The notes under the pieces were generated by a model. That model was not told the origin of the DNA and searched no databases. It worked only from the letters and a program-made list of their open reading frames with translations. This document shows, one piece after another, positions 28,686-38,584 of a stretch of 64,000 nucleotides of DNA. Within the stretch, counting starts at the first letter, position 1, and the number at the start of each line of letters is the position of its first letter. The stretch comes from Chloroflexota bacterium (GTDB lineage: Bacteria > Chloroflexota > Dehalococcoidia > E44-bin15): assembly GCA_030604825.1 (NCBI GenBank), contig JAUVVB010000001.1:56702-120701 (forward strand), read 5' to 3'. The position numbers were made by a program, and so were the translations under genes.

Positions 28686-29643
28686 GGGTCAAAACCGCCG
28701 TCATCCCCCGCTCTATCTTCTGCTTTGCCTCCTCCAGCAGGGCAACCCCGAAACTATACCTATCGCTCACCAGCTCCATATCCTCGCAGACCAGGGTATA
28801 GTCCAGGGTGCAAGGCTCCTCGTTGTCCTTTACCCTGAACCTGATGACGGCGATAAGGGTTCTCTGCCCCGTGGGATGCAACACCCGCTTACAATCCCAC
28901 TGGATGGAAGGCAAGCCTCCGTGAACATCATCGATCCTGAGCACGTTTCCCGGCTCCACGGTCTCGATCTCCGCATTTTCGAAGGAAGCGGAGAACTGGC
29001 TATACTTGGCAACCGCTCTCCCCTCATTGGCCACGAAAAGCCTCAGGCCAAAGCGATAGGTAGCATCCTCCACCCCTACCTCGGTGAACTCCGGGATCAG
29101 GGAGAGGGAGGGTTTTCCCTTCCGCCCAAAGAGGTCGGCAACTTCATAGTGATTCAAGGCATACTTGGTGAAGTTGACCCTGCGGTAATACTTGCCATCG
29201 CTCGCCTGGTAAGGGGGGTCAGCGCCGGGGGCAATCTCCACCAGATATACGGCCCTGGACCTGCTCACCCTCTTGGCGCCGTGAACCGGATATACCTTGA
29301 TAGTCGGCCGGGAAGAAGAGCCTATGTTGGAGAGGATTATATGCTCCACCCTTTCCGGGGTATACTTCTTGGAAACAGGGGCTATTCGCTTGGGATACAC
29401 TTTGCGATCCGGGGATTCCTTTTTTTTCGGGTTGTCCTCGACGAGCCCAATGATGATCAGCCCCCCCTCGGCATTGAGAAAGGCAGAAACCCACTGGGAT
29501 AGCTCTTCGGGCTTGTCCAAAATGTCAGCGCCCTTATACTCCAGAAAGCGGTCTTCCTCTTTTTTCATGGAGATGAGATTTCGCATATCCCTAGAGGTAA
29601 GCTCCTCCGCCTCTTTGCCAAATAACTCCTTTATGAAACCCAT
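28654..29643 (-). CDS. AlbA_2/Schlafen-like 'divergent AAA' putative DNA-binding domain protein
   Basis: N-terminus EDRFLEYKGADILDKPEELSQWVSAFLNAEGGLIIIGLVED matches the E..E.K....i.AfaN..GG.l.iGv.D signature; unknown C-terminal half; overlaps the proB start. Confidence 0.55.
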   Translation of the reverse strand: MGFIKELFGKEAEELTSRDMRNLISMKKEEDRFLEYKGADILDKPEELSQWVSAFLNAEGGLIIIGLVEDNPKKKESPDRKVYPKRIAPVSKKYTPERVEHIILSNIGSSSRPTIKVYPVHGAKRVSRSRAVYLVEIAPGADPPYQASDGKYYRRVNFTKYALNHYEVADLFGRKGKPSLSLIPEFTEVGVEDATYRFGLRLFVANEGRAVAKYSQFSASFENAEIETVEPGNVLRIDDVHGGLPSIQWDCKRVLHPTGQRTLIAVIRFRVKDNEEPCTLDYTLVCEDMELVSDRYSFGVALLEEAKQKIERGMTAVLTHGGVEGGKGG

Positions 29644-29778
29644 TACCAGCCCCCGAGATCGCTGCCATTATAGCAACAAATAGGGTGCGGGACAAGCAAG
29701 CCTCCTTGTCCCGGGAGGGGCGCTGTGCTAGAATCTTGACGGGGCTAGTCAGCAGCGGCTAGCCCTTTAGGTGTTGGG

Positions 29779-32700
29779 ATGAATTTAGCCTCGTTGCTGC
29801 CGCTAATCAATGAGATGGCGGGCTACGCTCAGCTCCTCGAGGCGCTAAAGCGCGGCAGGGGGGAGGAGCTGGTGGTGCTTCACGCCGCCAGGCCCTACCT
29901 CCTTGCCTCCCTCCATCGGGAGCTGGGCCTTCCCATGATGGTGGTCACCGCAACGCCAGAGGAGGCGAAGCAGCTTCAAGAGCAGCTCACCACCTGGCTG
30001 GGCGATGTCCAGATATTCCCCGAGCCCGACTCCCTGCCCTACGAACGACTGGCCCCCGATCCCTTCACCATCCAGCAAAGGATAAAAACCCTCTCCCTTT
30101 TCTCCCACCTGGAGCAGGGCGGGAAAGCCCCTGTGGTCATCGCCTCAGCCCATTCCCTTTGCCAAAAGACCATCCCCCCCTCACTTTTCGCCTCCCTCTC
30201 CCACCCCATCGCCCAGGGGATAAAGCTCGATATGGAGCATCTCATCGCCCGATGGCTGGGTATGGGCTATCGGTGGGAGAGCACGGTTGAGGTTCCGGGG
30301 AGCTTCAGCCGGCGCGGCGGCATCCTGGACATCTATCCCCCATCGAGCGAGCTCCCAGCCAGGATCGAGTTTTTTGGCAACCAGATAGAAAGCGTCCGCC
30401 TCTTTGACCCGGCAACCCAGCGCTCCATCAGGCCGATAAGCTCCATCGCCATCGTCCCAGCAAGCGAAGCCCTTTTCCCCAACGAGGGGATAGGGCCCGA
30501 AGATATCCTGGCTCGACTTGACCTTTCAAACTGCCAAATCGAGGTGCGGGAAAGGTTCGAGGCGGAGGTGGAGAAAATTCTCAGCGGAGAGCAGCTGGAT
30601 GGGGCGGAGTTCTATGTCCCCCTCTTCTCCGCAGCCAGCCTGCTCGAATATCTGCCACCCCAGGCCCTCCTCGTCCTGGACGAGCCGGAGCAGATCGAGG
30701 AGAAGGTAAAGGAGCTGGACGCTCAGGCCAGGGAGCTAAAGCGGGAGCAGGTGAGGCGGGGCGAGCTTCCCCGGAATTTCCCCTCCCCCTACCTTGACTG
30801 GGAAGGGCTTTTGCCCCGCATGGGTGGCATAGGGCGAAGGCTAAACCTACGGGCCTGGCAGGGATATGGGGCAGCGCTGTCGCTGCCCTTTGCCTCTGCC
30901 CCGGATTACGCCGGAAGGCTATCGGCATTCCTCGAGGATGCCCATGAGATGCTCCAAAAAAGGCGGCGGATTATCATCGTCTCCCACCAGGCGAGGAGGC
31001 TATCGGAACTCCTGGAGGAACAGGACATCATTGCCCCCCCGCTTACCCAACTGGAGAAGCCGCCTCCGCCAGGGGCCATCGCCCTAGTGGAAGGGTCGCT
31101 GGGCCGGGGGTGGGTCATGGATGGGGTCACCCTGCTCACCGATGCAGAGCTCTTCGGCTTCACCAAGAAGCGCCGCCATATGAGGCGGCGTCCGCTGCGC
31201 CAGGCGGGGTTCCTCGCCGAACTCACCGTGGGCAACTATGTGGTTCATATCGAGCATGGCATCGCCAGGTTTGCCGGGACAACCATGATGAGCATTGGAG
31301 AGGCGGAGCGGGAGTACCTGATTCTGGAATATGCTGCTGGCGACAGGCTCTATGTGCCCAGCGACCAGGTAGACAGGGTTTCTCGCTATATCGGTCCCAG
31401 CGGGGAGCCGCCATCCCTCAGCCGATTGGGCACCCAGGAATGGGCTCGAGCCAAGCAAAGGGTGATAGAGGCAACCAGAGACCTGGCCCAGGAGCTCCTT
31501 TCCCTTTACGCCGCCAGGGAGGTCATCCCCGGCTTTACCTTCTCCCCAGATACCACCTGGCAGGAGGAACTGGAGGCCTCCTTCCCCTATATGGAGACCC
31601 CAGACCAGATCCAGGCGGTTCTTCAGGTCAAGGAGGACATGGAGAGGGCAAAGCCCATGGACCGGCTGGTTTGCGGTGATGTGGGCTATGGCAAGACCGA
31701 GGTCGCCGTCCGGGCAGCCTTCAAGGCGGTGATGGACGGCGCTCAGGTGGTGGTTCTGGTGCCCACCACCGTTCTTGCCCAGCAGCACTTCGCCACCTTC
31801 AGCGAGCGCCTCGCCGCCTTCCCGGTAAAGGTTGAGGTGCTGAGCCGCTTTCGCTCCGAGAGGGAGCAGCAGGAGGTCATCGAGGGGCTGAGGAGGGGCA
31901 CCATTGATATCTGCATCGGAACCCACCGCCTGCTGCAAAGGGATGTCAGCTTCAAAAACCTGGGACTGGTGATCATCGATGAGGAGCAGCGCTTCGGGGT
32001 CATCCACAAGGAGCACCTGAAAAAGCTGAGGAGGGAGGTGGAGGTATTAACCTTGAGCGCCACCCCCATCCCCCGCACCCTGTATATGTCCCTGGCCGGG
32101 GTGCGCGATATGAGCACCATGGAAACCCCCCCAGAGGAGCGCCTGCCCATAAAGACCTATGTCTCCCCCTACGATGAGAGGCCGATCAAGGAGGCCATCC
32201 TGAGGGAGCTGGACCGGGGGGGGCAGGTCTTCTTCGTCCATAACCGGGTAAACAGCATCCGCCGGGTGGCCTCAAGGATTGCCGACCTCATCCCCGAGGC
32301 TGAGGTAGCCATCGCCCACGGCCAGATGCCCGAGGAGAAGCTGGAGCGGGTGATGCTGGATTTTGCCCAGGGGAAGATCGATATCCTGGTCACCACCACC
32401 ATCATCGAGTCGGGGCTGGATATCCCCAACGTGAACACCCTTATCGTCAACGACGCCGACAGGCTGGGGCTGGCTCAGCTATATCAGCTCAGGGGGAGGG
32501 TGGGAAGAGGCACCAACCGCGCCTATGCCTATTTCCTCTATGTCAGGGGAAAGAGCCTCACCCTTCAGGCCCAGCGGCGGCTCAGCACCATCTTCGAGGC
32601 CACGGAGCTGGGAGCCGGATTCCGCATCGCCATGAGGGACCTGGAGATCAGGGGGGCGGGCAACCTGCTGGGGGCGGAGCAAAGCGGACACATCGGCGCC

Positions 32701-33213
32701 GTGGGCTTCGAGCTTTACTGCCGCCTGCTGGCGGAGGCGGTGGAGGAACTCAAGGAAGGCGGGGTAAAGCGGGCCCTGCCCACACCGCCCCCAACCATCG
32801 ATCTGCCCCTTGCTGCCCGCATCCCCGAGGATTACGTATCCGACGTGGACACCAGGCTCGCCCTCTATCAGCGGCTGGCAAAGGCAAGCTCCCACCGGGA
32901 GGTGGAGGAGATGGGGGAGGAGCTGGTGGACAGGTTCGGGCCAATGCCGCCGCAGGTGAAAAACCTCCTTTACGCCATGAAGGTCAGAATGCTGGCCATG
33001 GATGCCGGAGTGGAGTCCATCGCCCCAGAGGAAGGACAGCTCGTGCTCAGGATGGGGGAGGGGAGAAGGGTGGGTGGCGCTCTCTTTGCCCCGGGCGATG
33101 TGGTGAAGGTGGGGATGAATCAGCTGCGGCTTGACATAAAGCGTCTGGGCAAGGAATGGCAGGAGGCGCTGATACGGGTGCTGGATAAGATGTTGGCAGC
33201 CCGGACAGGCTAA
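29779..33213 (+). CDS. mfd: transcription-repair coupling factor
   Basis: 1144 aa; superfamily-2 helicase motifs GDVGYGKTEVA, DEEQRFG, TRIG-like C-terminal region. Confidence 0.9.
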   Translation: MNLASLLPLINEMAGYAQLLEALKRGRGEELVVLHAARPYLLASLHRELGLPMMVVTATPEEAKQLQEQLTTWLGDVQIFPEPDSLPYERLAPDPFTIQQRIKTLSLFSHLEQGGKAPVVIASAHSLCQKTIPPSLFASLSHPIAQGIKLDMEHLIARWLGMGYRWESTVEVPGSFSRRGGILDIYPPSSELPARIEFFGNQIESVRLFDPATQRSIRPISSIAIVPASEALFPNEGIGPEDILARLDLSNCQIEVRERFEAEVEKILSGEQLDGAEFYVPLFSAASLLEYLPPQALLVLDEPEQIEEKVKELDAQARELKREQVRRGELPRNFPSPYLDWEGLLPRMGGIGRRLNLRAWQGYGAALSLPFASAPDYAGRLSAFLEDAHEMLQKRRRIIIVSHQARRLSELLEEQDIIAPPLTQLEKPPPPGAIALVEGSLGRGWVMDGVTLLTDAELFGFTKKRRHMRRRPLRQAGFLAELTVGNYVVHIEHGIARFAGTTMMSIGEAEREYLILEYAAGDRLYVPSDQVDRVSRYIGPSGEPPSLSRLGTQEWARAKQRVIEATRDLAQELLSLYAAREVIPGFTFSPDTTWQEELEASFPYMETPDQIQAVLQVKEDMERAKPMDRLVCGDVGYGKTEVAVRAAFKAVMDGAQVVVLVPTTVLAQQHFATFSERLAAFPVKVEVLSRFRSEREQQEVIEGLRRGTIDICIGTHRLLQRDVSFKNLGLVIIDEEQRFGVIHKEHLKKLRREVEVLTLSATPIPRTLYMSLAGVRDMSTMETPPEERLPIKTYVSPYDERPIKEAILRELDRGGQVFFVHNRVNSIRRVASRIADLIPEAEVAIAHGQMPEEKLERVMLDFAQGKIDILVTTTIIESGLDIPNVNTLIVNDADRLGLAQLYQLRGRVGRGTNRAYAYFLYVRGKSLTLQAQRRLSTIFEATELGAGFRIAMRDLEIRGAGNLLGAEQSGHIGAVGFELYCRLLAEAVEELKEGGVKRALPTPPPTIDLPLAARIPEDYVSDVDTRLALYQRLAKASSHREVEEMGEELVDRFGPMPPQVKNLLYAMKVRMLAMDAGVESIAPEEGQLVLRMGEGRRVGGALFAPGDVVKVGMNQLRLDIKRLGKEWQEALIRVLDKMLAARTG

Positions 33214-33231
33214 ATGCGGCGCCGAGCCTCA

Positions 33232-34179
33232 CTAGCCCGGCTCCCCCACTTGGAGCTCCGCCCTGTTGCCCCTCTCCGTAGCTTCGGCATCGACGGCATC
33301 GGCATCGATAACCGCTTTGAGCGCGGAGAGACTAACTTCAAGCTGTTGGTCATCGGGCTGACGGGTGGTCAGGGCCTGCAGCGCTAAGCCGGGGGCCAAC
33401 AGGGTTCGCACTATGCCGTATTTGACGTGCTCAGCGCCAAGGCGCATCAGTTCATAGCTGACCGCAGCGATGAAGGGCAGAAGGAGAAGCCGCGACAGAA
33501 AGCGTAGATACATAGGGGGACGCCCCAGGAATATAAAGGCGATGATGGCGATGACCAGGACGATGAGCAGAAAGCCGGTGCCACAGCGGGGGTGGGCGGT
33601 ACTGTATCCTTGGACATCCTTCACCTCCATGCCAGCTCCAGCCTCATAGGCATTGATCACCTTATGCTCTGCCCCGTGATAGCCAAACAGACGGCGAACA
33701 TTGGGTATCAGGCCAATGGCCCCCATGTAGGCGATAACGATGACCAGGCGGACACCACCATCCACCAGGTTGCTTACAAGGTCTGAGCCAATGTATGGGT
33801 CAACGGCCCGAGTGATTGCCAATGGGATCGCCAAGAACAAGGCGAAGCCCATGACCAAGCCGACAGCCACTGAGCCCCAAAGCATAGCCGACTTGCCCTT
33901 GATTTGCTCTTCCTCGGTGAACACTTCAGCGGAATGGAGCAGACACTGAATGCCCAGGACCAGGGTCTCCGCCAACGCCAGGATGCCGCGCACAAGAGGG
34001 ATCTGCCTAAAGGAACCGGTGAAAATAGTTGGCAGGCGTCTGGTAACCGTAGCGATCTCATCGTTGGTGCGACGAACGGCGATCGCCAGGTGCTTGCGAC
34101 CGCGCATCATCACCCCTTCAATAACCGCCTGCCCTCCGTAGTGGAATGGTCTAGCCAAAATCCTGCCCCAATTTGGCAC
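33232..34179 (-). CDS. DUF1385-family membrane-associated metal-dependent protein
   Basis: MPNWGRILARPFHYGGQAVIEGVMMRG...AEHKVINAYE; several TM helices. Confidence 0.6.
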   Translation of the reverse strand: MPNWGRILARPFHYGGQAVIEGVMMRGRKHLAIAVRRTNDEIATVTRRLPTIFTGSFRQIPLVRGILALAETLVLGIQCLLHSAEVFTEEEQIKGKSAMLWGSVAVGLVMGFALFLAIPLAITRAVDPYIGSDLVSNLVDGGVRLVIVIAYMGAIGLIPNVRRLFGYHGAEHKVINAYEAGAGMEVKDVQGYSTAHPRCGTGFLLIVLVIAIIAFIFLGRPPMYLRFLSRLLLLPFIAAVSYELMRLGAEHVKYGIVRTLLAPGLALQALTTRQPDDQQLEVSLSALKAVIDADAVDAEATERGNRAELQVGEPG

Positions 34180-34223
34180 CCTAGCACAGCCCGTTTGAAA
34201 CTGTCAAGCCTTCCGGGCACACC

Positions 34224-34985
34224 CTATCCACGAACCAAATCCAACATGCTCGGATGAACCTTTCTGTTGGAGAACAAAAGGTCGCTTGTTTCCAGTTTCC
34301 AGGGATTGCCGCCGAAATCGGTAACCTGCCCTCCTGCTTCTCGAATCAACAAAACCCCAGCAGCAACATCCCAGGGCTCGATCTTAGTGGTGAAGTAGGC
34401 TTCCCCCTTCCCCGCTGCCACCCAGGCTATTTCCAGGCCCGCCGAACCGAGTTTGCGTAGATCCATTACCCTTGGATAGACCTTGCTCAAGATGTTGCCG
34501 GTTCTGGATCGGTCCTTTTCACCACCCCCGCAATAAAGGACGTAGCTTTGGCCGAGATCAGAGACCTCCGAAACTTGAATTCTCCTTTGATTGAGATAGG
34601 CTCCTTTCCCCTTTTCCGCCAGATAGAATTCATCGATTGCCGGTGCATAGATTGCTCCTAGTAGCAGCTCGTTTCTGTGCATCAAAGCTATGCAAACCGA
34701 AAAGAAGGGATTTAAATTGGCAAAATTGCTAGTGCCATCAAGGGAGTCCACGATCCAAAGCCAATCGGCATCGCCTTTCAACAAGCCGCTCTCCTCGGTC
34801 AACAAGCTGTGGTCAGGATATTTCCCCCTGATTTCCTCAACGATCAGCTCATCAACCATTTTGTCGTACGTAGTTACCGCTTCTTTAACCGAAGTTCGAA
34901 GTTTGACCAATTCCCGGTCTTTCCCGAAATGGTCGACCAGGACATCACCCGCCTTTGTAGCCAAGTGCTGGATAAACTCCCTCAT
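34224..34985 (-). CDS. inositol monophosphatase family protein (SuhB/ImpA-like)
   Basis: WIVDSLDGTSNF and Mg-binding motifs of the IMPase fold. Confidence 0.8.
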   Translation of the reverse strand: MREFIQHLATKAGDVLVDHFGKDRELVKLRTSVKEAVTTYDKMVDELIVEEIRGKYPDHSLLTEESGLLKGDADWLWIVDSLDGTSNFANLNPFFSVCIALMHRNELLLGAIYAPAIDEFYLAEKGKGAYLNQRRIQVSEVSDLGQSYVLYCGGGEKDRSRTGNILSKVYPRVMDLRKLGSAGLEIAWVAAGKGEAYFTTKIEPWDVAAGVLLIREAGGQVTDFGGNPWKLETSDLLFSNRKVHPSMLDLVRG

Positions 34986-36136
34986 CCTTGAGACTTCCCC
35001 CTCGCATCCCCCAGCGCCTCATCAACCATGCTCGCCACGTATCTTCCTATGGCTGGAGCGCTGGTCAGGCCTGGCGATTCGATGCCGATCAAATTTACGA
35101 ACCCGGGCAGGCCTTTGTCGCTCTCGTCCCGGATCACGAAATCGGTTAAACCTGCCTCAGGCCCCTGCAATGTCGGCCTAATTCCCGCCATTTCGGGCTC
35201 AAGGTCGTCAAGTTGTATACAAGGCAAATACTTCACTACCGAGTCATAGAAGAGTTGTTTGTGCTGAGAGTCCACCGAGTAATCTATTTCATCCACATAT
35301 TGGCTGCTAGGCCCCAGTAGCATCTTCCCTTCAAGGTCCAGGGTGACATGAATGCCCAGACCTGCTCCTCTCGGCCGAGGCATGGGGTATATTAACCTTT
35401 TGACCAGCTTATTCTTGCTTCCCATGACACGGAAGTATTCCCCTTTGCAATAGTATAGCTTGTAGCCTGCCCTGACGATATCTATCCCAGCCAGCTCGGC
35501 CACCTGGTCGCAATTCAGACCAGCACAATTGACTATAACCCTGGTGGAAAAGGGGACATAGCCTGAGGCGTCTTCTACGGTGACTTGGTATTGGCTACCA
35601 AGCTTGTCGATTGCTACAACCTTAGACCTATAGCCTATCCTAGCTCCATTTTCTCTCGCCTTTGCCAGGAAGTATCCCATCAGGCCATAGACATCGATGA
35701 CACCAGCGGAGGGTACGAAAAGGGCAGCAACCGCCTTCACGTTGGGCTCCATCTCTTCGACCTCTTTTGGGGTGAGCAACCTCAAGCCCTCCACGTTGTT
35801 CTCCCTACCACTCTGTAAGAGGGTTTCCAGTTGCTCAGCCTCCGAGTTGTCTACAGCAACTACCAGCTTCCCCCTTCTTTGGCAGCCTATCCCATGCCTT
35901 TGGCACAGCGAGTAAAGGCTGGCATTTCCCTCTACGCAGGTTTTGGCCTTGAGCGACCCTTCAGGGTAAAAGACGCCGGAGTGGATAAGCTGGCTGTTTC
36001 TACTGCTCGTTTCCTGGCCGAAAGAGTCGTTCTTCTCCAGTATATAGACCTCTCTTCTGCCATCTGCAACTTGTGCAGCTACGGCCAGGCCCACAACGCC
36101 GGCACCGATTATGGTAATATCGACTGTGAGTGACAT
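34982..36136 (-). CDS. FAD-dependent oxidoreductase, L-2-hydroxyglutarate oxidase-like
   Basis: VDITIIGAGVVGLAVA Rossmann N-terminus; 384-aa DAO-family protein. Confidence 0.7.
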   Translation of the reverse strand: MSLTVDITIIGAGVVGLAVAAQVADGRREVYILEKNDSFGQETSSRNSQLIHSGVFYPEGSLKAKTCVEGNASLYSLCQRHGIGCQRRGKLVVAVDNSEAEQLETLLQSGRENNVEGLRLLTPKEVEEMEPNVKAVAALFVPSAGVIDVYGLMGYFLAKARENGARIGYRSKVVAIDKLGSQYQVTVEDASGYVPFSTRVIVNCAGLNCDQVAELAGIDIVRAGYKLYYCKGEYFRVMGSKNKLVKRLIYPMPRPRGAGLGIHVTLDLEGKMLLGPSSQYVDEIDYSVDSQHKQLFYDSVVKYLPCIQLDDLEPEMAGIRPTLQGPEAGLTDFVIRDESDKGLPGFVNLIGIESPGLTSAPAIGRYVASMVDEALGDARGKSQG

Positions 36137-36378
36137 TCTACGCTGTTTGATACTTGGTGGGGCCTAGCGACCAGCCCCCGCTGTGTGTGAACAAATCCTA
36201 CCCCTCAATGCGGATGGTATTATACCGCACTTTTCTTATCTTGTCCCTGCCAATCACATTCGAAGCTTTCAAAGGTCAAGCGTCCGGTTATCGTGCCTGG
36301 CGCTGGTCCCAATGATATAATGTTGAGGATGGAGCGCTGCCTTTCAGTTATCAAGGGGTTTGTTCTTCCCTGGGAGCG

Positions 36379-37266
36379 ATGAAGCGGACCGGCATTTTCT
36401 TCCACTATCAGGAGGGGGAGAGGCTCAGGGATTTTCCTCAGGCGCTGGACGGAATCCTGGATAAGGACAACGTCTTCCTCTATGATGCCTTCTACCCGTT
36501 TAAGCCCCCCTCTTCCTTCGACCTGGAGCCCATTCCGGCAGAGCTCCTCTATCAGCTCCATGCCCCCGAAATGGTGGAGCGGGTGAGGAGAAGCGGAGCT
36601 TTTGAAGGGGCGCTCTTTTCGGTGGCGGGGACGGTGGCGGCGGCGATCAGGATATGGAGGGGTGAAATAGATAACGCCTTCGTCTTTACCGGATACGGGG
36701 ACCATCATGCGGGCAGCAATTTCTTCGGCGGGGGTTGCTACTTCAACGGCGCCGCCATAGCCATCGCTCAACTGCGGCAGCGCTTCGGGGCCAAGCGATT
36801 CGCCATCGTAGATACCGACCCCCACCACGGCAATGGCACCTGGGAGATCTTTGAAGCCGACCATGATGTCCTCTATGTCTGCTTCTGCTCCGGCCAATTC
36901 GTGGAGAAGAACAACAAGGTGAACGTTCAGGTTCCGTGGCGAGTCAGCGATGAGGAATATCTGAGGCTGGTCAGGGAAGGCTTTCCCCACCGGGCAAAGG
37001 CGTTTCAGCCGGAGGCCATTTTCTGGAATTGGGGCTATGACGGGACCCGCGGGGAATATGGAGACATCGGGCTCTCACCCGACATCCACGTACGCTTGGC
37101 GAGGGAGATCAGGGAAGTGGCCAACGAGGTATGCCAGGGCAGGCTCATCGTCGTCCTGTGCGGGGGGAGCCGCAGAGACCTAGCCCACCGCCTTATTCCC
37201 CGAGTAATTCGGGTGCTCGCCGGTCAGGAGCGGGCAACGGGGGAAGGGGACGGTGTGAGCCGCTAG
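36379..37266 (+). CDS. histone deacetylase-superfamily amidohydrolase (AcuC/acetylpolyamine amidohydrolase-like)
   Basis: IVDTDPHHGNGT, ...FWNWGYDGTRGEYGDIGLS; HDAC zinc-ligand pattern. Confidence 0.7.
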   Translation: MKRTGIFFHYQEGERLRDFPQALDGILDKDNVFLYDAFYPFKPPSSFDLEPIPAELLYQLHAPEMVERVRRSGAFEGALFSVAGTVAAAIRIWRGEIDNAFVFTGYGDHHAGSNFFGGGCYFNGAAIAIAQLRQRFGAKRFAIVDTDPHHGNGTWEIFEADHDVLYVCFCSGQFVEKNNKVNVQVPWRVSDEEYLRLVREGFPHRAKAFQPEAIFWNWGYDGTRGEYGDIGLSPDIHVRLAREIREVANEVCQGRLIVVLCGGSRRDLAHRLIPRVIRVLAGQERATGEGDGVSR

Positions 37267-37521
37267 AAGTCAACGGCCTATAGGCCTGAAATATCTGATA
37301 TCGAATATATTGCCCTCCCTTTCCTCCTTGAAAACGGCTTCCACGCGCATTCCAATTTGCACCTGTTCGGGGTCAACCTCGCCCAACAGGTGAGCCATCC
37401 CGGTATCTGCCCCATCTTTTGGCAGCATTTTAGCAAGGTTTGGGTTAATGACGCAACCGCGGCGGGGTGAACCAGATCAAGGAGAAACCGCTTGACATGC
37501 TACACAATCTTGTCTTTCGTG

Positions 37522-38409
37522 CTATAACCTTTCTATCAATAGGGGCAATAGGCTTAATCCCCCGAGCAGGATGCACAACTTCCAAAAACGCATTTTGGTG
37601 GCAATCCTCAGTAGTGCGCCAATGGTCAGAATGCCAAAGAGGAAAGCAGCTAGAATAGCGCTTATAGCTACCAGGTTGAAACTCACCCCGTCAATTAACC
37701 CCAACCCTATTTCCGCCGCTAGCACCACCGGGATGCTCATCAGAAAGCTCACCCTTATTGCTTTCCTTGCATCATATCCCCTGAACAATAAAATAGACAC
37801 GGTTAGACCGGATCTGCTCAGTCCAGGGAACACGGAGAATGCTTGAACCACGCCGAGCAGGACAGCATCTTTTATTCCCGGCATCGTTTTCAACCCCGAA
37901 TATCTGGACGCATATTTTTGTACCATTCCCGTGATTATCAAGAACCCCCCTATGATTGCCATTACCATGCCCGCAGGGATTCCCTTTTCGCTTAAACCGA
38001 AAATCATCAACGGGGCTCCCACCGCCCCGGTTAACATCGTTGAGACTATTAAGAAGGTAATCAACGCATTCCTCTCTGACCCGCTAGCGGCTCCCAGGTC
38101 CCTTATGTACTGTGGCAGATGGCGTGACAGATCGGCGATGTCCCTTCTAAAATAAATCAGGGCGGCAAACAATGTTCCCGTGTGTAGCCACAAGGAGATT
38201 CCAATAGCCTCAGCTATCGGCTGTTGGAAGAAATGCAGCAGAATAAGCGTATTGATGCCCTGGCTGCTTATCGGCAACCACTCAGTTATCCCCTGGACCG
38301 CCCCCAAAATTATGCCTTGAAAGAAAGTCCTCACTTTCCCGCCTTCGCCGTCCTCGCCAATTACACTTTCCTTGATGAGTGTAACCGTGTCAGGTTGTAA
38401 TAAGGTCAA
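37522..38409 (-). CDS. uppP: undecaprenyl-diphosphatase
   Basis: GITEWLPISSQG..., 8 TM helices; TTG start as given by the track; the true start may be GTG at 38334 (VRTFFQGIILGAVQGITEWLP). Confidence 0.85.
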   Translation of the reverse strand: MTLLQPDTVTLIKESVIGEDGEGGKVRTFFQGIILGAVQGITEWLPISSQGINTLILLHFFQQPIAEAIGISLWLHTGTLFAALIYFRRDIADLSRHLPQYIRDLGAASGSERNALITFLIVSTMLTGAVGAPLMIFGLSEKGIPAGMVMAIIGGFLIITGMVQKYASRYSGLKTMPGIKDAVLLGVVQAFSVFPGLSRSGLTVSILLFRGYDARKAIRVSFLMSIPVVLAAEIGLGLIDGVSFNLVAISAILAAFLFGILTIGALLRIATKMRFWKLCILLGGLSLLPLLIERL

Positions 38410-38543
38410 AATTGGGTTATATGATGGTTAGAACGCGCACAGTTCGTCCCACCCCAGGGGCAGAGCGCCTTTCAGCCTCTCTATCCGTTTACGTAGATTA
38501 TTAACCCTTTTTCCCCATCGTTTCCCTTAGTTGTGGGTCGAGG

Positions 38544-38584
38544 TTCTAACCAAATTCTAACCTCGCCTTAACCTAATTCTAACC
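38544..38584 (-). promoter_or_regulatory. array of four 11-bp-phased direct repeats GGTTAGA(A/T) (read on the gene strand) upstream of uppP
   Basis: Plus strand shows TTCTAACC at 38544, 38555, 38577 and CCTTAACC at 38566, exactly 11 bp apart; an extra inverted copy lies at 38443-38450. Confidence 0.55.

Noticed and set aside
31084-32016. 310-aa minus-strand ORF inside mfd, plus many similar antisense ORFs (8150-8893, 11832-12608, 14450-15256, 23785-24468, 36220-36990, 38764-39231, 55320-56267 and others)
   Set aside because: High-GC genomes generate long spurious open frames antisense to real genes. Their translations are low-complexity (G/P/R/H-rich), they lack starts with an RBS, and each overlaps a confidently identified gene on the other strand.
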